Part shown: positions 39,548-48,603 of the stretch, one piece after another
How the letters are laid out: each line of letters opens with the position of its first letter
Position numbering within the stretch: the first letter of the stretch is position 1
Assembly: GCA_963666215.2 (NCBI GenBank)
Contig: CAXWPL010000002.1
Location: forward strand, 448,001 to 512,000
Reading direction: 5' to 3'
Origin: Acidobacteriota bacterium
GTDB lineage: Bacteria; Acidobacteriota; UBA890; WLXD01
Length of the DNA: 64,000 nucleotides
The notes under the pieces: generated by a model
Told to the model about the DNA's origin: nothing
The model's database searches: none
The model's input: the letters and a program-made list of their open reading frames with translations, nothing else
Translations under genes and position numbers: made by a program

Positions 39548-40827
39548 CGTGTGACCGCCTCTCCGGCCGTCTGTCCCGACGCCCACTTCCAGGTGAACCA
39601 GGAGGAGGCTCGACGCCGCTCGAGCTCGATTCGTCGCGAAGCCGCTTCGAGCGACGCACGCACCGTGTCGAGCAGCGCCACCACCTGCATCTCACCTTCC
39701 GCGTAGGAGACCCGCGCCATCTCGATCAAGCTCGGTCCCGGGACTTCGCCCGCGTCACGAAGGGCAGCGGTCGCGAGCTCGTATTCGCCCAGAGCTACCC
39801 GACTCCGCGCCACGAGCTCGCGGTCGAACATCTCGACCCGCTGTCGCCTTCGACGCTCCTCTACTGCGGCCGCGGCTGCCGCGTCCCGGTTGCGGTCGAA
39901 CAGCGGCACCACCGCGCCGATGCTCAACACGAAGCCCCCGTAGCCCGGGTCGACGCGGCTGTAGCCGGCATTCACGATCAGGTCCGGAAATGCCTGTCGT
40001 CGCGCGAGCTTCTGCTCGAGATTCGCCTGATGCGCGCGCTCCATCTCGGCGAGGATCTCCGGACGGGAGTCGCGAGCCTCCTCCAGACTTCGAGTCGTCT
40101 CTGTCTCCTCGGTCGCGGCCCCGGCGGGCTCGTCGAGAGGTGGCGGCCCCCCGGGCTCCGCGTCAGGAGCGCGCGTTTCCCAGCCTGCTGCCGGAGGCAC
40201 CAGTCCGGTCAGGGCCTCGAGCCGTATCGAGCCTGAACGCCGCGCTTGATTCGCCTCCGCCGCTTGCACCTCGAGCGCTTGCACCTCGAGGAACATCCGG
40301 CCGACGTCGAAGTCACTCACGTCACCCTCGGCGTTGCGCAGCTCGAGGTCACGCAGCAGGGAGCGACCGACGTCGAGCGCGGCCCGGATCGCCTCGTGTC
40401 GGCGCTGTGCGGCGTACAGCTCTACGTATTCCTGTTGCACCCGCAGCGTCAGCACGGCGCGGACCGCTGCCGCGTCCCTCTGCGACGCACGCTGCTTCGC
40501 CTCGGCCACGTCGACGGCGATTCCGGTGCGGCCCCCGATGGGCAGACTTTGCGACACGCTCACGATCAGCTGGTCGGCGCCGGGAACGGCGTTCGGGAAC
40601 CGCTCCTGATACACGGTTACCAGCGGGTTCGGCCAGCGACCGGCTTGATCAGCGCGGTGACCGGCGACCTCAGCGGCGAGGAGCGCCGCGGCCAGCTCCG
40701 GGTTGTGCTCCTCGACGGCGGCCACGGCGCTGGCCAGCATCAGGGTCGAAGAACTCTGGGAATTACCGGTGGAAGGCGCCAGCAGGAGCAGCACGAGAGC
40801 TCCGACGACACCGCGCGAGATCGACAT
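39544..40827 (-). CDS. TolC/CzcC-family outer membrane efflux protein
   Basis: Signal peptide, HNPELAAA, WPNP, SRPEI, PLFDRN, SYAEGE; first gene of the tripartite operon. Confidence 0.88.
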   Translation of the reverse strand: MSISRGVVGALVLLLLAPSTGNSQSSSTLMLASAVAAVEEHNPELAAALLAAEVAGHRADQAGRWPNPLVTVYQERFPNAVPGADQLIVSVSQSLPIGGRTGIAVDVAEAKQRASQRDAAAVRAVLTLRVQQEYVELYAAQRRHEAIRAALDVGRSLLRDLELRNAEGDVSDFDVGRMFLEVQALEVQAAEANQARRSGSIRLEALTGLVPPAAGWETRAPDAEPGGPPPLDEPAGAATEETETTRSLEEARDSRPEILAEMERAHQANLEQKLARRQAFPDLIVNAGYSRVDPGYGGFVLSIGAVVPLFDRNRDAAAAAAVEERRRRQRVEMFDRELVARSRVALGEYELATAALRDAGEVPGPSLIEMARVSYAEGEMQVVALLDTVRASLEAASRRIELERRRASSWFTWKWASGQTAGEAVTR

Positions 40828-40831
40828 GCGT

Positions 40832-40907
40832 GCCCTCCGCGGGCTGAGCGTGGTTCAACGGGCGAGGCGGTGTGTCCGGCGTGACCGGACGGGCTCAGAC
40901 GGAGGGC
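40832..40907 (-). promoter_or_regulatory. SD-sequestering mRNA structure between leader ORF and tolC
   Basis: mRNA GCCCUCCG (40907-40900) pairs with CGGAGGGC (40839-40832, contains SD); CUGAGC/GCUCAG second helix; inner 6-bp hairpin 40874-40890. Confidence 0.65.
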
Positions 40908-41335
40908 GCCGGTGGTCCGCGATCAGGAGTCGATCGTCGAAGTCGCGCGCGCGGCACGCAGACGTCGACATCGCCGACCGATGAGCCTGAAGGCGCATCC
41001 TGGCCAACGATGGAAGGCTGCACTGCTCGCCGAGGTTCGCTCGGCCGCTCGCGGAGTGGAGTCACTGTGCTCGTCGACCGCACGACGCCGTCCCGATCAT
41101 GAAGCAGCGTCATCGGAACGATGCGGACCGGCGCCAGCTCGATTCGGCCGGCGGCCACCGCGGCTTCCTCGTCGGTCGGGCGCTCGCCGTGGTGGTGCGG
41201 TAGGCCGCTACCGTGCGCGTGAACCCGATGACCCGCGCCGGGCGGCTCGCCCGTGTGTACGTGCGCGCGTCCGGTCACTGGAACGCACACAACCGCGAAA
41301 GCCAGGAAACCTACAGCGACGAATCGGATCCGCAT
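40895..41335 (-). CDS. His-rich exported leader protein with C-terminal RGPP motif (DUF2946/CruR-like architecture)
   Basis: MRIRFVAVGFLAFAVVCVPVTGRA signal; HVH..HRVHAH..HHH; ends DRGPPAPSV*. Confidence 0.65.
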   Translation of the reverse strand: MRIRFVAVGFLAFAVVCVPVTGRAHVHTGEPPGAGHRVHAHGSGLPHHHGERPTDEEAAVAAGRIELAPVRIVPMTLLHDRDGVVRSTSTVTPLRERPSEPRRAVQPSIVGQDAPSGSSVGDVDVCVPRARLRRSTPDRGPPAPSV

Positions 41336-41799
41336 GCGCGCAAGGTACCACGCGCTCGAAACCACCGCGCTTGGTCAAGTCGCGACGCTATACGTGCCCT
41401 GTCTCGGTCCGCGGGAGCGGTCGATCGCGTTTCCGGTCCCGGCTCCGGGCACCTGTGCGACGGGCCGCTTTCGCATCGAGACCTCGCGAAAACTGATGGC
41501 TATCTGATTGCCGCTTCGAGGCGCGCGAGCTCGGGGTCGGCGATACACGGTTGCGTGAAGTGTTCGAGGCCCGCGTGGCTCGGCGCTGAAAGGGCCGCTT
41601 CCGCGCCCCTCCTGCTGGCAGTAGACGGACCGCACGGCGGATCGCCAGCATGCAGCGACGGTCGCGGTCGCTTCCGTCTCCTGCATGTCGGCACTAAGCC
41701 GCGTCAGAACATCGGTTATCGAATCGAAATACTCAGTGGTCATCCCGCAACTCCTCGGCATAATCGGCCATTTCGAGATCCCCGGGCCACTCGGAGCCG

Positions 41800-41962
41800 G
41801 CGCGGAAGTTGGGGCGCGGACGATTCGCTCGTCTTCGGATCGGCCAACACCGAGCTCATGCGGATACCCGCCGGCGGAGGAAACTGGGAAGAGCTGACGA
41901 CGCCGGCCGCGGGAGAGTCACACAGCTGGCCTTGGTACCCTGCTGGACTTGTACGTTTATAA
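41800..41962 (+). pseudogene. fragment resembling the beta-propeller region of Ser/Thr kinase/TolB-like proteins
   Basis: GSWGADDSLVFGS...LMRIPAGGG...LTT...GESHSWP; no start or remainder. Confidence 0.45.
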
Positions 41963-41977
41963 TCTAGATTCTAGAAT
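41949..41977 (+). promoter_or_regulatory. sigma70-like promoter with overlapping palindromes (putative PadR operator)
   Basis: TTGTAC-N17-TAGAAT; overlapping perfect palindromes AATCTAGATT (41961-41970) and ATTCTAGAAT (41968-41977). Confidence 0.55.
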
Positions 41978-42016
41978 ACAGAATCACGACAGAAGAGCCC
42001 TATCCGAGACACCGAG

Positions 42017-42361
42017 GTGATCGCGACGATGACAAGAACGCGGGTCGGCGAATTCGAAGAGCTCATCATGCTGGCGATCCGAGCCCTGGACGATGCCGCC
42101 TCTTGCCGAGCGGTGCAGACCATGCTCGAGGAGCGCGCCGAACGCGCCGCTTCGCTCGGCTCGATCTACGCGACAATCGACCGCCTCGAGCGCAAGGGGT
42201 ATGTCGAATCGTGGGTGGACACACCCGCCGAAGGAATTGCTCGGCGGGGACGATTCCACCGGGTGACGACCGACGGGGTGGACGCTCTCGACGGCATGGA
42301 CCGCATTCGCGACTCGCTGCGTGAGGGCGCATTTTCGACGGGGGCACCCCGCGGTGAATAG
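42017..42361 (+). CDS. PadR-family transcriptional regulator
   Basis: VGEFEELIMLAI, SLGSIYATIDRLERKGYVES; start may be ATG 42029. Confidence 0.88.
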   Translation: MIATMTRTRVGEFEELIMLAIRALDDAASCRAVQTMLEERAERAASLGSIYATIDRLERKGYVESWVDTPAEGIARRGRFHRVTTDGVDALDGMDRIRDSLREGAFSTGAPRGE

Positions 42362-43715
42362 GACGGCTCCGCGCACCCTTGTCGGCCTGGCCAGGATTGC
42401 GCTGGGCGTCACGCGCCATCACCGGCGTGACGAGGCTCTCGACGATCTGCAAGAGCTGTATGGCGACATCGCGTCGACACGAGAGGTCGCGGCTTCACGC
42501 AGGCGGTTCCTGGACGAGCTCACTCGACTTTGTTTCTGGGCGCTCGTCCGGCACCTGCCGAGCGGCGCCCGACCGGCTACTCCCCCACGTTCCGCCAGTC
42601 TCGGGCCCGCTCCCCGGAGGAACCCGACAATGCATGTGCTCACTGATCTGCGGTTTGCCTTCCGGTCCCTGCTACGCAATCCCAGGTTCACGATTACGGC
42701 CACGCTCACCGCGGGAATGGCAATCGGTGCCAGTACCGTCGTCTTCAGCGCGGTCAACGGCATCCTGCTCAAACCTCTCGATCTGCCTGAGCCTGAGCGG
42801 GCGGTCTACGTGTCAACGCACGAGTCGGCCGGCGTGACCTCCAAGCCCATCTTCATCGACTGGAATCGGCAGGTGACCGCATTCGAGCTGCTCGCGGGCT
42901 TCGGGCCGGACTCGCTCGTGATCGCAAACGATGAACAGGCCGAGCAGATCAGTGCTGTTCGCGTTAGCCCCGACGTCGTGGAACTGCTGGACGCACAGTT
43001 CATTCTGGGGGGGCCTTTCGCTGCCGACGATCACGAGACCGGCGCGGAGCCGGTCGTGATCCTGTCGTACTCGTACTGGATTCGGGCAATGGCCGCGGCG
43101 ACCGACGTAATTGACAAGGCGATCTTCGCGGCCAATGATGAAGGCGGCCGGCAGCCCTACCGCATAGCGGGTGTGCTGGCCGAGGATGTCACCCTGCCGG
43201 CTGCGACGAATCTGGGCGAACGAGACATCTGGCTCCCCCTTCATGTCGACGAGACTGCCCGCGCCGGCAATCGCGGCAGCTCTACGACTCGTGTGATCGG
43301 TCGAGTTGCTGAGGGGCGCTCGATCGCTGAAGCGCGCATCGAAGTCGAGCGGGTGACTGAGGCGATCTCATCCGAGCATGGTCGCGAAGACAGCGCCCAC
43401 GTAGTTCGATTACTCGATAGGACGGTCGGAGGCAGCCGCGCGGCCTTGTGGATGCTGCTTGCGGCCTCCGGCTTTCTCCTGCTCGTCGCGCAGGCCAACG
43501 TCGCGAACCTGCTGCTCGCTCAGGCCACGACGCGCGGGGCCGAGTTCGCAGTTCGCTCTGCCCTCGGCGCCGGACAAGGGCGGGTCCTGGGCCAGGTTCT
43601 AACCGAGAGCGTGGTCTTGGGCTCTGTCTCCGGCGTGCTGGGCGGATCGATCGCCTACGGCGGAGCGTGGCTGGAAGAGCGCCGACGGGCATCAACGAGC
43701 GATCAAGGAAGTTGA
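42354..43715 (+). pseudogene. ADOP/MacB-type ABC permease, 3'-truncated
   Basis: DLRFAFRSL.RNP.F, VFSAVNGILL.PL, NVANLLLA...EFAVRSALGA...QVLTES; ends after first FtsX block, about half of full length. Confidence 0.8.
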
Positions 43716-43776
43716 CAGACGATCGCAATCGCCCGTGCTGAATTGTCGAATTCTGCTTGCTATCTGACTGCTACGG

Positions 43777-43801
43777 AAAAAGGCTCGCCATCCGGCGAGC
43801 C
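43777..43801 (-). terminator. rho-independent terminator after tRNA-Thr
   Basis: GGCTCGCC-GGAT-GGCGAGCC followed by TTTTT on minus strand. Confidence 0.8.
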
Positions 43802-43802
43802 C

Positions 43803-43815
43803 TAACTTGTTGATT
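43803..43815 (-). promoter_or_regulatory. IHF-consensus site next to att core
   Basis: AATCAACAAGTTA matches WATCAANNNNTTR; second copy AATCAACAAGTTG at 34785-34797. Confidence 0.55.
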
Positions 43816-43821
43816 CAAGAG

Positions 43822-43893
43822 AGCCGACGCGCGGATTTGAACCGCGGACCTGCTGATTACGAATCAGCTGCTCTGCCACTGAGCTACGCCGGC
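43822..43893 (-). tRNA. tRNA-Thr(CGT)
   Basis: Cloverleaf: GCCGGCG/CGTCGGC acceptor, GCTGA-TTCGTAA-TCAGC, CGCGG-TTCAAAT-CCGCG; CCA not encoded. Confidence 0.96.
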
Positions 43894-44318
43894 CTTCGGT
43901 GCTGCTGAGATGCGGAGTCTAGCGGCCGTGCAGGGTGCTCGCAATCGCGATCTGATGCGGCCGCGACGTGAATTTCGGCTGCCGGGCGAGGCGCCTCGCG
44001 TGGATCCCAGATAGGGTGCCGTCAGCGCGCTCGGCCTACGACGGCTTGTGGTTCTGCCCGTATTTTGCGCCCCGGTACGCGTGCTAGACTCGCGCCCGCA
44101 TCGCGGTGGTGGGTGACTGGATCTCGCTACGTGTGGCGACACACCTGGGGGGCGCGGGTTCAGCGGGCATCTGCCGGGCGGTGCTCTTCAGCGGAATGGG
44201 CTTCTGCTGACCTATAGGGAGTCGGAGTGAACAGGTGGGCAGCAAGGTCCTGCCGCTCTGGCGATCGCCGCGCGTCGCGGCCGCTGGCCGCGTGGCGCTG
44301 ACAAAGGTGGGTACTGGG

Positions 44319-47300
44319 GTGTGGCGTCTCTCGAAACTTGATATCCGCGGCTTCAAATCGTTCGCGGAGCACTCGAGGCTCGAGTTTCCCGCGGGCATCA
44401 CCGCGGTCGTCGGGCCGAACGGCTGCGGCAAGAGCAATATCTCGGACGCCATCATTTGGGCGCTGGGCGAGCAGAGCACGGCGGCTTTGCGGGCCCAGCG
44501 CATGAAAGACGTCATCTTCCAGGGCAGCGCCGGCCGCAAGCCGACGGGTCTCGCCGAGGTGACCCTGTCGCTGACTCGGACGCGGCCCGCCGGGCTTGCC
44601 GGAGCGGTCGTGCCGCCGGTGGTCGAGGCGGCGTTGGACCACTCCGAGCACGCCGAGCAGGCCGAGCACATCGGTGACATCGAGCGCCTAGACCACGGCG
44701 AGCAAGCTCCCGAGCTCGCCGCTGAGAGCAGCAACGGCGATGGCGACGGCAACCCGTCGGGATCATCGAGCGCCTCGACCGACGTACATCGTGAAGATGA
44801 AGTGGACTCCGAAGACCAGGACGAGGAGCTCACGATCACGCGGCGCTTGTTCCGCTCTGGCGACAGCGAATACCTCCTCAACGGCAAGCGCTGCCTGCTG
44901 CGCGATGTTCGTGAGCATCTGCTGGGTACCGGGCTGGGGTCGCGCACGTGCTTCACCATCGAGCAGGGTCGGATCGACCAGCTGCTTTCCGCGAGCCCGA
45001 CGGAGCGGCGCGGCCCGATCGAGGAGGCGGCCGGGATCTCCCTGTATCGCCGCCGCCGCCACTCGACCAACCTGAAGCTCGCGGCCACCGAGCAGGACCT
45101 GGCCCGCGTCCAGGACATTTGCGACGAAGTGGCGCGGCAGATGCGCAGCCTCAAGCGGCAGGCCGGGCGCGCCCGACGCTACCGCTCTTTGCGCCAGCAG
45201 CAGCGCGTGCTCGAGCTCGAATGGTACGGCCGCCGTATCGTGCAGTCGCGTCGTGATTTGGAGATCAGCGCGGGTGCGCTGGTGGCGGCGCGCGAAGGCG
45301 CCGCCCACGCCCGCGACGAGCTCGAAGCCGTGACGCGACTGCACGAGACGGCGCGCAGCGCCCGGAGAACACGCCGGCAGCAGGAGGCCGGGATGCGGCA
45401 GACGCTGTACAAGCATCAGGTCGACCACGAACGCGCCCGGGCCGAGGCGTCGCGCCACCGCGACCGACTCGCTTTCGCCGAGCAGCGGCAGGCTGACGTG
45501 GCGCGCAAGCTCGAGACGTTCGTCGAGCGCGATGCCGAGGCCGCTGGTGTTGTCAGCGCTCGCGAGGAGGCAGCTCAGCAGGCTCACTCGATGGTGGAAG
45601 CGGCGCGCGAGGTGCTGCGCGACGCGAACGATCGAGTCGACCCGGTTGAGCATCTTGATGTGGCCGTGGAGGGCGCGGATCCAGCGAATTCAACGGATTC
45701 ACCGTACGGGGGCGATCGAACGATCAAGCTGCCGTCGTTGGCCTCGCAGATTCGTGTCGATGAGGAGTACCGCGCCGCCGCGGCGCTGGCGCTCGGGAGC
45801 CTGCTGCGACAGCCGTTATTGGCGGAGGCCGACATCGAGCCGTGGTTGGCCGCGGTGGCCGAGCAGCGTGGCCTGTCGCGAGGCTTGCGGCAGCCTCAGC
45901 GCCTGGCGGAAGCCATCGCTCCCGATGCGGCGGTGCTGTGCGCGCTGGCGCAGAAGGTTCAAGGGAGTGGCGAGGCGGTCGAGATGATCGTCGAGGATCT
46001 GCTCACCGGCACGTGGGTGGTGGAGAGCTCCGACGACGTCATGCGATTGGTGGCCGAGCACCCGCAAGCGGCGTTCGTGGATCGGCGCGGCACGGTGTGG
46101 GCTAGCGGTGCGCGCGTGCGTGCTCGCAACGACGGGCGTGGCCAGCAGTACCTGACCGAGAGCGCGTCGGCCGAGCAGTCGCTGCGCGTCCGTACCGAGC
46201 CGGCTGCGGACGGAGATGACGACGCGGACGTGGCTGCCCCCGACCTGGTTCTGGACGTCGAGCGCCAGGCGGCGCGGCTGGCGCTCGATCGCGCCGAGGC
46301 TGGCCATCGCTCGGCGGTCGCGCAAGCGGCGGCGGCCGATCGCGAGCTCCGCGCCGCACGTGCCTCGGCGTCGCACGTGCGCGCCGACGCCGAGCGTTTT
46401 CGTAAGGACGCCGTGGCCCTCGAGCGCACGCTGCGTGAGGCGAGCGAAGGAGCCCAGCGCGCCGACGCCAGCGCCGCTGCTGCGACGGTGGTGGCCGAGA
46501 AGCTCGAGCGTAAGCTCGAGCAGGTAACCGTCGTCGACACGGCCGAAGAGGCGGAGCTCGCCGGCCTGCAGGCGGCGGCCGCCGCCGCACGCGGCAAGCA
46601 CGACAGCACTCAGCAGGCGCTCTCAGGCTACGAGGTTCGCGCCGCCGAGGTCCGTTTGGGGCACCAGCATCTCGAAAATGAGATGCGCGAGCACCTCGGC
46701 GAGGCGGCCGCGACGCTTCTACGGCCGACGAAACCTTCGATCGAGCCTGCGGAAGTGGAGGCCCGGGCACCGGAGGAAGCCTCCGAGATCAACCTGGAGA
46801 CGAGCCCGGAGCAGGAGAAGCAGGTGGCGCTGGAGCGCGAGATTGCGGCGCTCGGCGACTCCGAGATTGGCGAGCGTATTGCCGATGTCCGGCGTCGCAT
46901 CGATAGCCTCGGGCCGGTGAACCTGATCGCCTACGACGATTACCAGGAGCAGGAGGTACGCTTCACGGACCTCGACGGGCAACGTCGCGATCTGGTGAAC
47001 GCGTCGGGAAATCTGCGGGCCGCGATCAGCAAGATCGACGATCAGTGCGAAGAGCGTTTCGACGAGGCGTTCCAGGCGATCGACGGGTACTTCAACCGCA
47101 CGATGCGGGAGCTGTTCGGCGGTGGCCGTGCCGGAATGCGCCTCGACAACCCGAGCGAGCCACTGGACTGTGGCATCGAGATCTACGCCCAGCCGCCTGG
47201 CAAACGACTGCAGAACATCCGGCTGTTATCCGGCGGCGAGCGCTCGATGATCGCGCTGGCCTTGATGTTCGCGATCTTCGAGTACCACCCGGCGCCGTTC

Positions 47301-47501
47301 TGCATCCTCGACGAGGCCGATGCGGCACTCGACGAGCGCAACATCGGCCGTTTTGCGGTGGCGCTTCGACGATTTCAGGAACGCGCGCAGTTCATCATGA
47401 TCACGCACAACAAGCAGTCGATGGAGCTCGCCGATCTGCTGTACGGCGTGACGATGGAAGAGAGCGGCGTCTCGAAGCTGGTGTCGGTGCAGCTCAGCTA
47501 A
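44319..47501 (+). CDS. smc: chromosome segregation protein SMC
   Basis: GFKSF, GPNGCGKSN, IEQG, EEAAG, LGPVN, LSGGE, ILDEADAALD, ITHNK, GVTMEESGVS. Confidence 0.93.
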   Translation: MWRLSKLDIRGFKSFAEHSRLEFPAGITAVVGPNGCGKSNISDAIIWALGEQSTAALRAQRMKDVIFQGSAGRKPTGLAEVTLSLTRTRPAGLAGAVVPPVVEAALDHSEHAEQAEHIGDIERLDHGEQAPELAAESSNGDGDGNPSGSSSASTDVHREDEVDSEDQDEELTITRRLFRSGDSEYLLNGKRCLLRDVREHLLGTGLGSRTCFTIEQGRIDQLLSASPTERRGPIEEAAGISLYRRRRHSTNLKLAATEQDLARVQDICDEVARQMRSLKRQAGRARRYRSLRQQQRVLELEWYGRRIVQSRRDLEISAGALVAAREGAAHARDELEAVTRLHETARSARRTRRQQEAGMRQTLYKHQVDHERARAEASRHRDRLAFAEQRQADVARKLETFVERDAEAAGVVSAREEAAQQAHSMVEAAREVLRDANDRVDPVEHLDVAVEGADPANSTDSPYGGDRTIKLPSLASQIRVDEEYRAAAALALGSLLRQPLLAEADIEPWLAAVAEQRGLSRGLRQPQRLAEAIAPDAAVLCALAQKVQGSGEAVEMIVEDLLTGTWVVESSDDVMRLVAEHPQAAFVDRRGTVWASGARVRARNDGRGQQYLTESASAEQSLRVRTEPAADGDDDADVAAPDLVLDVERQAARLALDRAEAGHRSAVAQAAAADRELRAARASASHVRADAERFRKDAVALERTLREASEGAQRADASAAAATVVAEKLERKLEQVTVVDTAEEAELAGLQAAAAAARGKHDSTQQALSGYEVRAAEVRLGHQHLENEMREHLGEAAATLLRPTKPSIEPAEVEARAPEEASEINLETSPEQEKQVALEREIAALGDSEIGERIADVRRRIDSLGPVNLIAYDDYQEQEVRFTDLDGQRRDLVNASGNLRAAISKIDDQCEERFDEAFQAIDGYFNRTMRELFGGGRAGMRLDNPSEPLDCGIEIYAQPPGKRLQNIRLLSGGERSMIALALMFAIFEYHPAPFCILDEADAALDERNIGRFAVALRRFQERAQFIMITHNKQSMELADLLYGVTMEESGVSKLVSVQLS

Positions 47502-47530
47502 CGTCAACCGCGGTGGGCCGGCCGCGACCG

Positions 47531-48523
47531 CTATTGCCGCCGGATCGGCAACGTCGGACCCGCCGGACCCGCCGAGTCCGTCAGCGCGGCTACCAGCGCC
47601 CGCGAGACGCGATCGAGCGACGCCATCGCCTCGCGCCACTGGCTACGCGCCGCAAGCAAAGAGGCGAGCTCCGAGCGCAAGCTTGGCGAATTCGCGATCG
47701 CCTGGCCGCCCGCGTACCGACGCTTGCGCACCAGAGCCCCGACCCAGCGTCCCCAGCGGATACGACCGTCGGGACGAATGAGCTCGTGACGCATCGCTGG
47801 AAGCCGCTGATCGGCGGCGTCCGAAACAATCCGGATAGCGGCACAGCGTGGCGCTTGGCCGCCAGCGGTTTGTCCGGGCGGGGAGGCGGCCAGGGCGGCC
47901 GACGCGCCACCCTGTTGAGTCGCTATGGGCGTTCGCGGAACGTGATCGATTTGGATCCTGTTGTGACCAGCGCCGTGACCGGCGTCGTGATCGGCTTCGA
48001 GCGCCCGCGCCCAGTGGGCGCCTTCCATCTCCACGATCCGTGCGCCGCTAGACCTGTGCAGCTGCCTGGCCGCAACGGCGTCGTGTAGCGCGGCGTCGAC
48101 GGTAACCGCATCGGCGACCACGGCATGGATATCCGACCCGGAAAGCCGAGCGAGCAGCGCCTCGGTCAGCGCCGCATTGGTCGCGACGACGGGCGAGTGT
48201 GGCGCGAGTGGGTCGAGCCAGCGTTCGATGACGACAACGCTGCCCGCCGGCAATGCCTCGTCGAGCCCGCCAGCCACACCCAGCTGAATGACCGCGGCTA
48301 CAGGGCGCGCCGCGATCCTGCTCTGTATCGCATTGACGGGGTCGGTCGCGGTGCGGCCGACGCCGGCCACAAAAACGTCGATTCGCGGGTTGCTGCTGCT
48401 TGCGGAAACGCCCGCCAGATGGCGGTTCAGGGCGCTCGTTTCCGCCGCCACGGCCGCGATAACGAGGACTCTGTCGCCCGCACAGAGCTCGTCCTGGAGG
48501 CGCGCATTCGCTGGGGTCGTCAT
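47531..48523 (-). CDS. nucleoside phosphorylase/MTA-SAH nucleosidase-like protein (HpnG-like)
   Basis: GVG, GVAGGL, VEMEGA, IRIVSD motifs of the PNP_UDP fold. Confidence 0.7.
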   Translation of the reverse strand: MTTPANARLQDELCAGDRVLVIAAVAAETSALNRHLAGVSASSSNPRIDVFVAGVGRTATDPVNAIQSRIAARPVAAVIQLGVAGGLDEALPAGSVVVIERWLDPLAPHSPVVATNAALTEALLARLSGSDIHAVVADAVTVDAALHDAVAARQLHRSSGARIVEMEGAHWARALEADHDAGHGAGHNRIQIDHVPRTPIATQQGGASAALAASPPGQTAGGQAPRCAAIRIVSDAADQRLPAMRHELIRPDGRIRWGRWVGALVRKRRYAGGQAIANSPSLRSELASLLAARSQWREAMASLDRVSRALVAALTDSAGPAGPTLPIRRQ

Positions 48524-48603
48524 ACTGATTCGCTGATTCCCACGATCGCTCGAGGTCGTCGCCGGCTGTGGGCGCGTGGATGGATCTCTCTCGGTGGTTC
48601 CCG

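Larger units (their letters stand above)
34846..43821. mobile_element. genomic island remnant integrated at tRNA-Thr(CGT), no integrase seen
   Basis: Bounded by intact tRNA and displaced 3' fragment; cargo is the RND operon and PadR/permease. Confidence 0.7.

Noticed and set aside
44319-47501. SMC as a Wadjet/MksB-type defence ATPase
   Set aside because: Head motifs are canonical Smc, scpA and scpB are in the same core block, and no jetABD/mksEFG genes are adjacent
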